From positions 544,001 through 608,000 of the forward strand of contig OZ253375.1 of NCBI GenBank assembly GCA_965261005.1: a DNA stretch of 64,000 bases, read 5' to 3'. The notes under the pieces were generated by a model. That model saw only the letters and a list, made by a program, of their open reading frames with translations, was not told the origin of the DNA and searched no databases. Source of the stretch: Deinococcus sp. (GTDB lineage: Bacteria; Deinococcota; Deinococci; Deinococcales; Deinococcaceae). The translations under genes and the position numbers were made by a program. This document shows, in pieces, positions 1 through 15,471 of this stretch (positions are counted from its first letter, which is position 1; each line of letters starts with the position of its first letter).

Positions 1-54
1 ACTCTTGGCCTTGTCAATCGCGTTTCTCTTTGTAGACTTGCTACCCTGACACCT

Positions 55-843
55 ATGTTCCTGTTCGCCCGGCCCGAGACGCGCAAGGACCGGCCGGGCA
101 CCGAGTTGCTCGCCGAGTACGTCTACCGCCCGTTGGCACAAACGCTGGTCGGCCCGCTGGCCCGCCTGGGCGTCCGGCCGACCCAGGTGGTGCTCTTCCA
201 CACGGCCCTGGGCCTTTTGGCCGCCCGACAGGTGGCGCGCGGCGGGCGGCTCCTGCCCGCGCTGCTGCTTCAGCTCAAGACCGTGCTGGACAACGCCGAC
301 GGTCAACTGGCGCGCGCCACTGGGCAGACCACCGCGATGGGGCGCTACCTCGATTCCGAGATGGACCTGTTGGTCAACGCCGCGCTGCTCACCGCGCTGG
401 ACCGCCGCTGGGGCCTGCCCGCCCTCGCGCTGCTCAGCCTGCTGCTGACGGCGGACTTTCTGCTGGAGCGCGATTATCGCGCCGCGCGGGACGCGCCCTT
501 TCGCGCCGCGCCGCTGCAAGGCGGCGACCACCCGGGCGTTCTGCGCGCCCTGCGCGGCGTCTACTGGCTGGTCTTCGGGCCGCAGGAGAGGTTGCTCTCG
601 GGCCTGTTCGAGCGGCGCTTCGTGGCGGCGGGCGGCAGGGACGATCTGCGCGCCGCCTACACCCCGCGCGCCGTGACCCACCTGGCCGCCAATCTGGGCC
701 TGAGCAGCCAGCTGGCGCTGGCCGGCTTCCTCATCGCGCTGAACCGGCCAAAGCTCTACTTGGCGAGCTTGCCCCTTCAGGCCGTGGCACTTGGAGCGGC
801 GCAGCTGTGGCGTGAGGCGCGCGTGCGCGGGGCCGTCACATGA
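55..843 (+). CDS. CDP-alcohol phosphatidyltransferase family protein
   Basis: D-x2-DG-x2-AR...G-x3-D-x3-D motif ([27 protein letters not shown]); leaderless TACCCT-7-ATG. Confidence 0.85.
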   Translation: MFLFARPETRKDRPGTELLAEYVYRPLAQTLVGPLARLGVRPTQVVLFHTALGLLAARQVARGGRLLPALLLQLKTVLDNADGQLARATGQTTAMGRYLDSEMDLLVNAALLTALDRRWGLPALALLSLLLTADFLLERDYRAARDAPFRAAPLQGGDHPGVLRALRGVYWLVFGPQERLLSGLFERRFVAAGGRDDLRAAYTPRAVTHLAANLGLSSQLALAGFLIALNRPKLYLASLPLQAVALGAAQLWREARVRGAVT

Positions 844-1250
844 CCGGGGCCAAACGGCCGGTCGTATCGGTCGGCGCCCTGGTGCGGGGACCGGAGGGCA
901 AGTGGCTGATCGCCCGCACGACCAAGTGGCGCGGCGCTTGGGGCGTGCCGGGGGGCAAGGTGGAGTTCGGCGAGACGCTGGAGGCCGCCGTGAAACGCGA
1001 GTTTCTGGAGGAGGTCGGCTTGACGTTGTCGGACGTGCGCTTCGCCCAGCTTCAGGAGGCGGTAAGGAGCCAGGAGTTTCACGCGGACGCCCACTTCGTG
1101 CTGGTGGACTTTCTGGCCCGCACGGGAAGCGCAGCGGTCACCCCGAACCCCGAAATCGAGACGTGGGCCTGGGTCACGCTCGAAGAGGCGCTGACCTATC
1201 CCCTCAACAGCTACACCCGCACCCTGGTCGAGCATGCCAAACGGGCCTGA
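840..1250 (+). CDS. NUDIX hydrolase
   Basis: Nudix box [27 protein letters not shown] overlap with upstream gene. Confidence 0.9.
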   Translation: MTGAKRPVVSVGALVRGPEGKWLIARTTKWRGAWGVPGGKVEFGETLEAAVKREFLEEVGLTLSDVRFAQLQEAVRSQEFHADAHFVLVDFLARTGSAAVTPNPEIETWAWVTLEEALTYPLNSYTRTLVEHAKRA

Positions 1251-1968
1251 ATTTGGCGGGCGTAAGACGGCCCTGGTCACCGGGGCCGCACACGGCATCG
1301 GGCGTGGGGTGGCCCTGGCCCTCGCCGGCGAGGGCTTCGATGTGGCGGTGCACTATCTGCACTCGCGCGCGGACGCCGAGGACACCGCCCACTTGGCCCG
1401 CGAGCTGGGCGTGCGCGCGGCCGTGCTGCGCGCCGACCTGACCGACCCCGAGCAGGCGGCACGCGCCGTGGAAGAGGCGTACGGGGCCTTTGATGGTCTG
1501 GGCGTGCTGATCAACAACGTGGGCAACTACGTGCAAAAGCCGTGGCTGGAGACCACGCCGGGGGAATGGCGTGACATGCTCGACTCCAACCTCAGCGCCG
1601 CCTTTTACACCTGCCAGGCGGCGGTGCCTCACCTGCGGGAGGCGGGCTGGGGAAGAATCGTCAACTTCGGCTACGCGGGCGCGCAGCACCTGCTGGGCCG
1701 CAGCGGCATCGTGCCCTACGCCGCCGCCAAGAGCGGCGTGATCGTGCTGACGCGGGCCATCGCCCGCACCGAGGCCGGGCGCGGCATCAGCGCCAACGTC
1801 GTGTCGCCCGGCGTGATCGAGACCAGCTTGTCGCAGCCCACCGGGGACATTCCTGCCGGCCGCGCCGGCAGCGTGGCCGAGGTCGCGGACGCCGTCCTGA
1901 CCTTTGTGCGCGCCAGCGACTACGTGACCGGGCAGGTTTTGGAGGTGGCGGGCGGATGGAACCTGTGA
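1234..1968 (+). CDS. SDR oxidoreductase, pteridine/dihydrofolate reductase-like (TmpR/FolM-like)
   Basis: [16 protein letters not shown] and YAAAK motifs; C-terminal [12 protein letters not shown]. Confidence 0.75.
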   Translation: MPNGPEFGGRKTALVTGAAHGIGRGVALALAGEGFDVAVHYLHSRADAEDTAHLARELGVRAAVLRADLTDPEQAARAVEEAYGAFDGLGVLINNVGNYVQKPWLETTPGEWRDMLDSNLSAAFYTCQAAVPHLREAGWGRIVNFGYAGAQHLLGRSGIVPYAAAKSGVIVLTRAIARTEAGRGISANVVSPGVIETSLSQPTGDIPAGRAGSVAEVADAVLTFVRASDYVTGQVLEVAGGWNL

Positions 1969-2543
1969 GCGACCTCGAAGCCGCCCTCGCTCACTTGCGC
2001 CGCGACCCGGTGCTGGGCGGGGTGATCGGCCGGGTTGGCGAGCTGCCGTGGCCGCCCCTTGCGGCGGCCGACCCCTTCGCGTCCCTGGTTCGGTCGGTGA
2101 TCGGGCAGCAGCTCTCGGTGCGGGCGGCGGACAGCATTGAGGCGCGGGTGCGCGGGGCGGCGCCGGGCCTCAGCGCGCCCGAACTCGCCGCGCTTTCGCC
2201 AGACGCCCTGCGCGCCCTGGGCTTGTCGTGGGCCAAGGTCCGCACCATTCACGCCCTCGCCGCGCGGGTGGCGGACGGGACGCTCGATTTCGCGCAGCTT
2301 GAGCAACTGGATGACGAGGGCGTAATCGCAGCCCTCACCAGCGTGCCCGGCGTCGGGAAGTGGACCGCCGAGATGTTTTTGATGTTCGCCCTGGCGCGGC
2401 CCGACGTATTTTCCTGGGGCGACGCGGGCCTGCGCGCGGCGGTGCGGCGCCTGTACGGCGAGTCGGTTGGGCCGGAGGTGGCGCTGGCGTGGTCACCCTA
2501 CCGCTCGCTGGCCGCCCGATATCTGTGGCGCCCACTTCTGTGA
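1965..2543 (+). CDS. alkA: DNA-3-methyladenine glycosylase II (AlkA/HhH-GPD family)
   Basis: IGQQLS, Hh[16 protein letters not shown]...D and WSPYRS motifs; GTGA overlap. Confidence 0.85.
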   Translation: MSDLEAALAHLRRDPVLGGVIGRVGELPWPPLAAADPFASLVRSVIGQQLSVRAADSIEARVRGAAPGLSAPELAALSPDALRALGLSWAKVRTIHALAARVADGTLDFAQLEQLDDEGVIAALTSVPGVGKWTAEMFLMFALARPDVFSWGDAGLRAAVRRLYGESVGPEVALAWSPYRSLAARYLWRPLL

Positions 2544-2581
2544 AGGACTTGTCACGTATTTGGGTATAAGCTAAGAAAATC

Positions 2582-3271
2582 ATGAACTACCCGAGCCTGG
2601 TCTGGCACCTGAAGCGCACCGAACTGTTTGCCGACTTCGAGCTGGCCGAGCTGGACCGGGTGGCGGTCTCCATGCCCTACCGCTCGTTCGATCCGGGCCA
2701 GGTGGTGTACCGCATGGACGACCCCGCCGACGCGCTCTACTTCGTGCGCAACGGCCTGATCAAGATCAGCAAGCTCTTTCCCAATGGCAAAGAGGCCATT
2801 TTGGGCGTGGTGGGCCAGCACGACACCTTTGGCGAGCTGCTGTTAGAACCCGAGGAGCGGCGCCACACCCAGGCCGAGGCCGTCGAACCCACCAAGCTGA
2901 TCGTGTTGCCCAGGACGGACCTGCAACATCTGCTTTCGAGCAAGCCCGAGCTAGCCATGAAGCTGATCCGCTTGATGGCCGCACGCCTCTTTGAGGCGCA
3001 GTCGTGGTCCGCCGAGGTCAGCGCCTACAGCGCCCCCGAGCGCGTGGCCAGCCTCTTGTACCGCCTTGCCAAAGAGTTCGGCAAGCCCCATCCGCAGGGC
3101 GTGGAGCTGAACCTCAAGCTCAACCAAGAAGACATCGCGCGCATGGTCGGCGCCACCCGCGAAACGGTCAGCCACAGCCTCAGCAAGCTGCGCCAATTGG
3201 GCGCCATCGTGCGGCCCCGCTCGCCCATGGTGGTCCGGCTGGAGTCTTTGCAGGACTTTGTCGAGCGGTGA
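2582..3271 (+). CDS. Crp/Fnr family transcriptional regulator
   Basis: cNMP-binding domain (FGELLL) plus HTH LNQEDIARMVGATRETVSHSL. Confidence 0.92.
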   Translation: MNYPSLVWHLKRTELFADFELAELDRVAVSMPYRSFDPGQVVYRMDDPADALYFVRNGLIKISKLFPNGKEAILGVVGQHDTFGELLLEPEERRHTQAEAVEPTKLIVLPRTDLQHLLSSKPELAMKLIRLMAARLFEAQSWSAEVSAYSAPERVASLLYRLAKEFGKPHPQGVELNLKLNQEDIARMVGATRETVSHSLSKLRQLGAIVRPRSPMVVRLESLQDFVER

Positions 3272-3290
3272 AGGGTCGAGCGGTGAAGGG
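3261..3290 (+). repeat. 15-bp perfect tandem duplication across the crp-like stop codon
   Basis: TCGAGCGGTGAAGGG x2. Confidence 0.9.
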
Positions 3291-3296
3291 CGGGGC

Positions 3297-3536
3297 GTGC
3301 AGGTCTGGTACATCGAGTCGCGTGTTCCCGAAGCCCTGGACACGCTCGACAATGTGCTTGACCGCCTGAAGTATCTTCCCGGCTTTCTCGGCGGCGAGCT
3401 GCTCAGCTCGCCGGATCAGCCGGGCCTCACGCTATTGCAAACGCGCTGGGACGGCTTTCCACCGCGCATCGGCTTGCCGGCCGGCGCCCGCGCCTGGGTC
3501 TTTCATGTTGCGCGCGTTCAAAACCGTGTAGAATGA
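3297..3536 (+). CDS. Small antibiotic-biosynthesis-monooxygenase (ABM)-like protein
   Basis: LPGFLGGELLSSPDQPGLTLLQTRW resembles the ABM ferredoxin-like fold; GTG start inferred. Confidence 0.6.
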   Translation: MQVWYIESRVPEALDTLDNVLDRLKYLPGFLGGELLSSPDQPGLTLLQTRWDGFPPRIGLPAGARAWVFHVARVQNRVE

Positions 3537-3566
3537 GCAAAAGGTGTGGCACACCTCCGGACGGCC

Positions 3567-3595
3567 TTGACGAACCTGGCCGTACGTTATAGTAT
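3567..3595 (+). promoter_or_regulatory. Sigma70 promoter of rpoBC
   Basis: TTGACG-17 nt-TAGTAT about 210 nt upstream of rpoB. Confidence 0.65.
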
Positions 3596-3600
3596 TCATA

Positions 3601-3798
3601 GCGGTGACCAGGATGGGTCTCCGGGGAGCTTCTTGGAAGCAGTGCCATACGCACAACTCCGATAGTCAGGCCGAAAGGGGGCGGGATGATTCTCGCCTCC
3701 CTGAACCCTTGTTGTCCCTTGGCGCCACGGTGTTGAGCGACGGGACAACCGGAGCGAGACCGCACGACCTTTTTTCACACAGGCTTTTTTCACACAGG
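3601..3798 (+). ncRNA. Structured 5' leader of rpoB (candidate cis-regulatory RNA)
   Basis: Closing stem GGTCTC/GAGACC and CCGG/CCGG enclosing hairpins GCTTC/GAAGC, TCAGG/CCTGA and GTTGTCCC/GGGACAAC; followed by T6 tracts. Confidence 0.5.
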
Positions 3799-3805
3799 GG
3801 TGGAC

Positions 3806-7249
<3,444 letters not shown>

Positions 7250-7270
7250 GGCGTGGACGGTCAAACGCCC

Positions 7271-7299
7271 GTAGGGGAGGGTTTGAAACCCTCCCCTAC
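7271..7299. repeat. GTAG-type REP-like palindrome between rpoB and rpoC
   Basis: GTAGGGGAGGGTTT-G-AAACCCTCCCCTAC with perfect 14-bp arms. Confidence 0.75.
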
Positions 7300-7382
7300 A
7301 CCCGCCCCGCCGGCAGGTTTGAAATTCCCACAGCCACAAACAAAACGAACCCAACAGCCCGCTCACACACAGGAGCAACGCT

Positions 7383-12035
<4,653 letters not shown>

Positions 12036-12039
12036 TCTA

Positions 12040-12085
12040 CCCCCCTCCCCAACCCCTCCCCCGCAAGGGGGGAGGGGCTTTTTTT
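12040..12085 (+). terminator. rpoBC intrinsic terminator built on a boxC-like triplex repeat
   Basis: CCCCTCCCCC-GCAAG-GGGGGAGGGG followed by T7, preceded by the mirror arm CCCCCCTCCCC-AA. Confidence 0.8.
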
Positions 12086-12214
12086 ATGCTCAAGGCCCTA
12101 AACGCGCAGATGCTCTCGTCTGGAAGCGCCTTTTTGCTACATATGCATGTGCAACTCCTGAAAATAGGCCAGTTGGCGCATGCTGAGAGACGCCGAACGC
12201 CGCAGACTGCTTGC

Positions 12215-13111
12215 ATGTCTCACCGCCCTTACCGCGATGACGCGGACTTTGTAGCCCTGCTGGACTTTCTTTCGGCGGTCAATCTATCTAACCCGCAAGC
12301 GGGCTACCTGCACCCCGGCGACCTGACCTGGTGGATACGCCGCAACTCTGTTTTCAAGCCGCAAGAAGGCATAGAGCTGTTTCACAACGGCTCGGGCGGG
12401 CTGCTGGGTTTCGTGTTCAACAACCCGCCCGAGTGGGCCACCATTCAGGCGGCGCCGCACGCTCCGGCGGCCGTGCTGGACGAGATGCTGGCCTTCGCGG
12501 AGGCCAGGGCCGCAGCAAACACCGAGAAGCCGCTCACCGTTGCCGCAGACGCGGGCGACGAGGCGCTGACGCGGGCGCTGGAGCGGGCGCTGGAGCGGGC
12601 CAGACTGACACGCACCGGCGAACGCATGTGCTGTTTTGTCTACCGGCCCGCCGCGCAGGGCCTTTTCCAAGCGACGCTGCCAGACGGCTTTTCCTTTTTA
12701 TCCGTCGCCGACGACCCCGACCTCAAGGCCAAGCGGGTGGAATTGCACCGTGCCGTCTGGCAAAACTCGAAAGTCACGCCGGAGGCTTACGAATACCTGC
12801 GGGCCGCGCCCAGCTACCGCGCCGACCTCGACACGGTGCTGGTCACCCCGGACGGTCAGTGGGCCGCCTACGCGCTGGGTTGGTACGACCCGCTGACCAG
12901 GGACGGCATTCAGGAGCCGGTCGGCACCCATCCGGGGTTCCGGCGGCGGGGGCTGGGGCGGCTGGTGGTGCAGGAGGTCACGCGCCGCTTGATGACGCTG
13001 GGCGCAGAGAGGGTGTCCATCTATACCTTCGAGAGCCTTCCCGCAGCAACGGCGCTGTACAGGTCGGCGGGCTACAGCTTGACGGGATATGTGGACGACT
13101 GGCAGCGGTAA
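12215..13111 (+). CDS. GNAT family N-acetyltransferase
   Basis: Motif A EPVGTHPGFRRRGLG and ATALYRSAGY; start inferred at MSHRPYRD. Confidence 0.85.
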   Translation: MSHRPYRDDADFVALLDFLSAVNLSNPQAGYLHPGDLTWWIRRNSVFKPQEGIELFHNGSGGLLGFVFNNPPEWATIQAAPHAPAAVLDEMLAFAEARAAANTEKPLTVAADAGDEALTRALERALERARLTRTGERMCCFVYRPAAQGLFQATLPDGFSFLSVADDPDLKAKRVELHRAVWQNSKVTPEAYEYLRAAPSYRADLDTVLVTPDGQWAAYALGWYDPLTRDGIQEPVGTHPGFRRRGLGRLVVQEVTRRLMTLGAERVSIYTFESLPAATALYRSAGYSLTGYVDDWQR

Positions 13112-13157
13112 GGGCTTGAGGCGGTCCTGCGCCACCGCGATTTATCCTCTGGTCAAG

Positions 13158-13180
13158 AAAAAACCGCCCAGTGAGGGCGG
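13158..13180 (-). terminator. Intrinsic terminator of the small-peptide unit
   Basis: Minus strand CCGCCC-TCACT-GGGCGG-TTTTTT. Confidence 0.75.
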
Positions 13181-13228
13181 CGGGCTTTTCAGGCGGAGTG
13201 CGAGGGGCTTACACCCAGTTCAGAGCAG

Positions 13229-13390
13229 TTATTCGCTGCTCCGATGACCATGCTCCCACAAGAACCGGAACACGCTCCAGGCCAGCGAGACGAGGCCAAT
13301 CAGCTCCTTCCACGGAATGGCCCGCTTCGGTTGCTTCTTGGCCTTCTTACCGGCCTTACGGCGTTTTCTGGTATGCTTTGTTTGTCGCAT
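13229..13390 (-). CDS. 53-aa basic/amphipathic peptide, candidate type I toxin (below ORF-track cutoff)
   Basis: MRQTKHTRKRRKAGKKAKKQPKRAIPWKELIGLVSLAWSVFRFLWEHGHRSSE*; has its own -10 box and terminator. Confidence 0.65.
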   Translation of the reverse strand: MRQTKHTRKRRKAGKKAKKQPKRAIPWKELIGLVSLAWSVFRFLWEHGHRSSE

Positions 13391-13443
13391 AAGCAAACCG
13401 GGCTGGACGACCTCTGACTAGGGCGTCCAGCCACTTCCTTTCT
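13384..13443 (+). ncRNA. Candidate cis-antisense antitoxin RNA (~60 nt)
   Basis: Extended -10 TGgTATGCT (13369-13377); hairpin GGCTGGACG...CGTCCAGCC (13401-13432) plus pyrimidine tail; covers the peptide start codon. Confidence 0.5.
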
Positions 13444-13527
13444 CTATAAGAGGTTCGGTCGTGGGCTGACGTGACGCCCCAGCTTTCCCCGCGCTGTCAT
13501 GCTGCCCGCCCATCACTGGGCAAGGGC

Positions 13528-13533
13528 AGTGTA
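13528..13533 (-). promoter_or_regulatory. -10 box (TACACT) for the small-peptide mRNA, predicted TSS about 13521
   Basis: Same TACACT hexamer precedes the leaderless genes at 19555 and 46475. Confidence 0.55.
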
Positions 13534-13551
13534 GCGCCTAAAGCTCGGCGC

Positions 13552-14760
13552 TCAGCCGGCCGCCTCTTCCTGCCGAATCGCAGGCTTCCCCGGCGGAACC
13601 TGGCGGTAGACCCACAGCGCCTCAGCGGCCAAACACAGCGCGGTCAGCACGAAGGGGGCGTGGTAGCCGGCGCGCAGCAGCAGGGCGCCCGCCAGGGGGC
13701 CGGCCGCGAAGCCGAGGGCGCTGGCACTGGCGGTCAGGCCGAAGGCGGCGCCGCGCGACTCGGGGCGGGTCAGCTGGCCCAGGATGACGTTGGCGGCGGG
13801 AATGGTGCCGCCGATGAAGAGGCCCATGCCGGCGCGCAGCAGGCCCAGCGCCAGGACCGAGGTCGCCAAAGCTTGCCCGGCGGCGAAGACGGCCGCCCCA
13901 CCCGCGCAGGCGACCAGCACCGTGCGCGGCGTGAGCCGGTCGGCCAAGCGCCCCGCCACCAGCGCGCCCACGCTGGCGCTCAGGGCGAAGGCGCCCAAAA
14001 CCACCCCGGTCGCGGTGGAGGTGCCCCGGCCGCCGATCAGCGACCCGACGAACAGCGGCAGCACCGGCCCCACAACGGAGTTGGCGAACTGGTCGAGAAA
14101 GGTCACGACCAGCACGGGCCGCAGGGCCTTTGTGTCGGGCGGGGCCGCGTTCACGGCGGTTGTTTGGGCGGGTCGCCGCCGCTCACGGGCGCCGAACAGC
14201 ACCAGCGCGCCTGTCACCAAGAGCAGCCCGGCCGTCAGCCCGAAGGCGGCGCGGTAACCGTACAGGTCGGCGACGGCGCCGCCGATGAGGGGACCGCCCG
14301 CCACGCCGATCAGCACCGCCGTCTGCATCAGGCCCATGCTGGAGCCGAGCCGCCCCGCCGGCACCACCGACGCGACCAGGGTGTTGGCGGCCGAGATGGT
14401 GCCGGTCAAACCGCCCTGGAGTAAGCGCAGCAGCACCAGCGGCGAAGGGCCTTGCACCAAGCCCATCGCGCCCACCACAAAGACGCCGGCGAAGGTCGCG
14501 CGCAGCACCATCGCCTTGCGCCCGAAGCGGTCCGCGAGGCGGCCCCACAGCGGCGCGAGCAGCGCCATCGCCAGGCCCGAGGCGGTCGAGGACACCCCCG
14601 CCCACAGCGCGGCCCGGCTGGGCGACGTCACCCCCAGCTCGCGGATGTACAGCGGCAAAAAGGGCAGCGCCGTCGCAAAGGCCGCCTGGGAGATCACCTG
14701 CGACAAGACCATGACCCACAGCGTCGTGGACCAGGTGCGCGGGGACGGGGCGGCGTTCAC
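13552..14760 (-). CDS. MFS transporter (DHA1/MdtG-like)
   Basis: WGRLADRFGRK motif A, about 12 hydrophobic segments; leaderless TATCCT-6-GTG. Confidence 0.9.
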   Translation of the reverse strand: MNAAPSPRTWSTTLWVMVLSQVISQAAFATALPFLPLYIRELGVTSPSRAALWAGVSSTASGLAMALLAPLWGRLADRFGRKAMVLRATFAGVFVVGAMGLVQGPSPLVLLRLLQGGLTGTISAANTLVASVVPAGRLGSSMGLMQTAVLIGVAGGPLIGGAVADLYGYRAAFGLTAGLLLVTGALVLFGARERRRPAQTTAVNAAPPDTKALRPVLVVTFLDQFANSVVGPVLPLFVGSLIGGRGTSTATGVVLGAFALSASVGALVAGRLADRLTPRTVLVACAGGAAVFAAGQALATSVLALGLLRAGMGLFIGGTIPAANVILGQLTRPESRGAAFGLTASASALGFAAGPLAGALLLRAGYHAPFVLTALCLAAEALWVYRQVPPGKPAIRQEEAAG

Positions 14761-14823
14761 CTCAGGAGGATAGCAACCCTATGCTGTCCCCCTGCCAATC
14801 AACAACGATCAAGACGCTGGTTC

Positions 14824-15408
14824 TCATTTCTCACGGCGCCGCGCCTTCCCAGCACCCCAGCGCGCCGACAGCGCCCCGGCCAGAAAGCCGAACAGGTGGG
14901 CTTGCCACGACACCCCCGGCGTCAGCGGCAGCACGCCCCACAGCGCTGTGCCGTAGACCAGCAATACGCCGAGGGCCACCACAATGGCGGCCGTACTCCT
15001 CTCGTAGAAGCCGCGCGCCAGCAGGTAGCCCAGGTAGCCGAACACCAGAATGCTCGCCCCCAAGTGGACCGTAAAGGCGGGCGCGAACAGCCACACGCCC
15101 AGGCCGCCCAGCAGCATCACGGTCAGGGTGACGAGGGCGAAGCGCAGGATGGAGCGCAGCGCCACCAGAAAGCCCAGCACGGCGAAGGGGACGCTGTTGG
15201 CGATCAGGTGCGCGAAGCCGACGTGCAAAAAGGGCGCGAACAGCAGGCCGCGCAGCCCCAGCTCGGTGCGCGGCACGATGCCCAGCGCGTCCAGCCGCCC
15301 GCCGAGCAGCTGGTCGAGGATCTCCTCGGCCCACATCACGCCGAGCAGCGAGAGGACGAGGGTAGCCGCCGCGAGCAGCGGGGGACGGCGTGGAGGAAGG
15401 GGGCGCAC
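14824..15408 (-). CDS. Rhomboid family intramembrane serine protease
   Basis: FLHVGFAHLIAN, HLGAS (catalytic Ser) and SWQAHLFG (His); start inferred. Confidence 0.88.
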   Translation of the reverse strand: MRPLPPRRPPLLAAATLVLSLLGVMWAEEILDQLLGGRLDALGIVPRTELGLRGLLFAPFLHVGFAHLIANSVPFAVLGFLVALRSILRFALVTLTVMLLGGLGVWLFAPAFTVHLGASILVFGYLGYLLARGFYERSTAAIVVALGVLLVYGTALWGVLPLTPGVSWQAHLFGFLAGALSARWGAGKARRREK

Positions 15409-15471
15409 GCCTTTTGTACGCGCCCTCAGCCACGGGGGTTGCGGCCAGGCGGTGCGGCACAATAAGCCCAT

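Noticed and set aside
13171..13392. 73-aa plus-strand ORF in the small-peptide locus
   Set aside because: Starts inside a terminator hairpin with no SD or promoter; the minus-strand 53-aa ORF has the expression signals.
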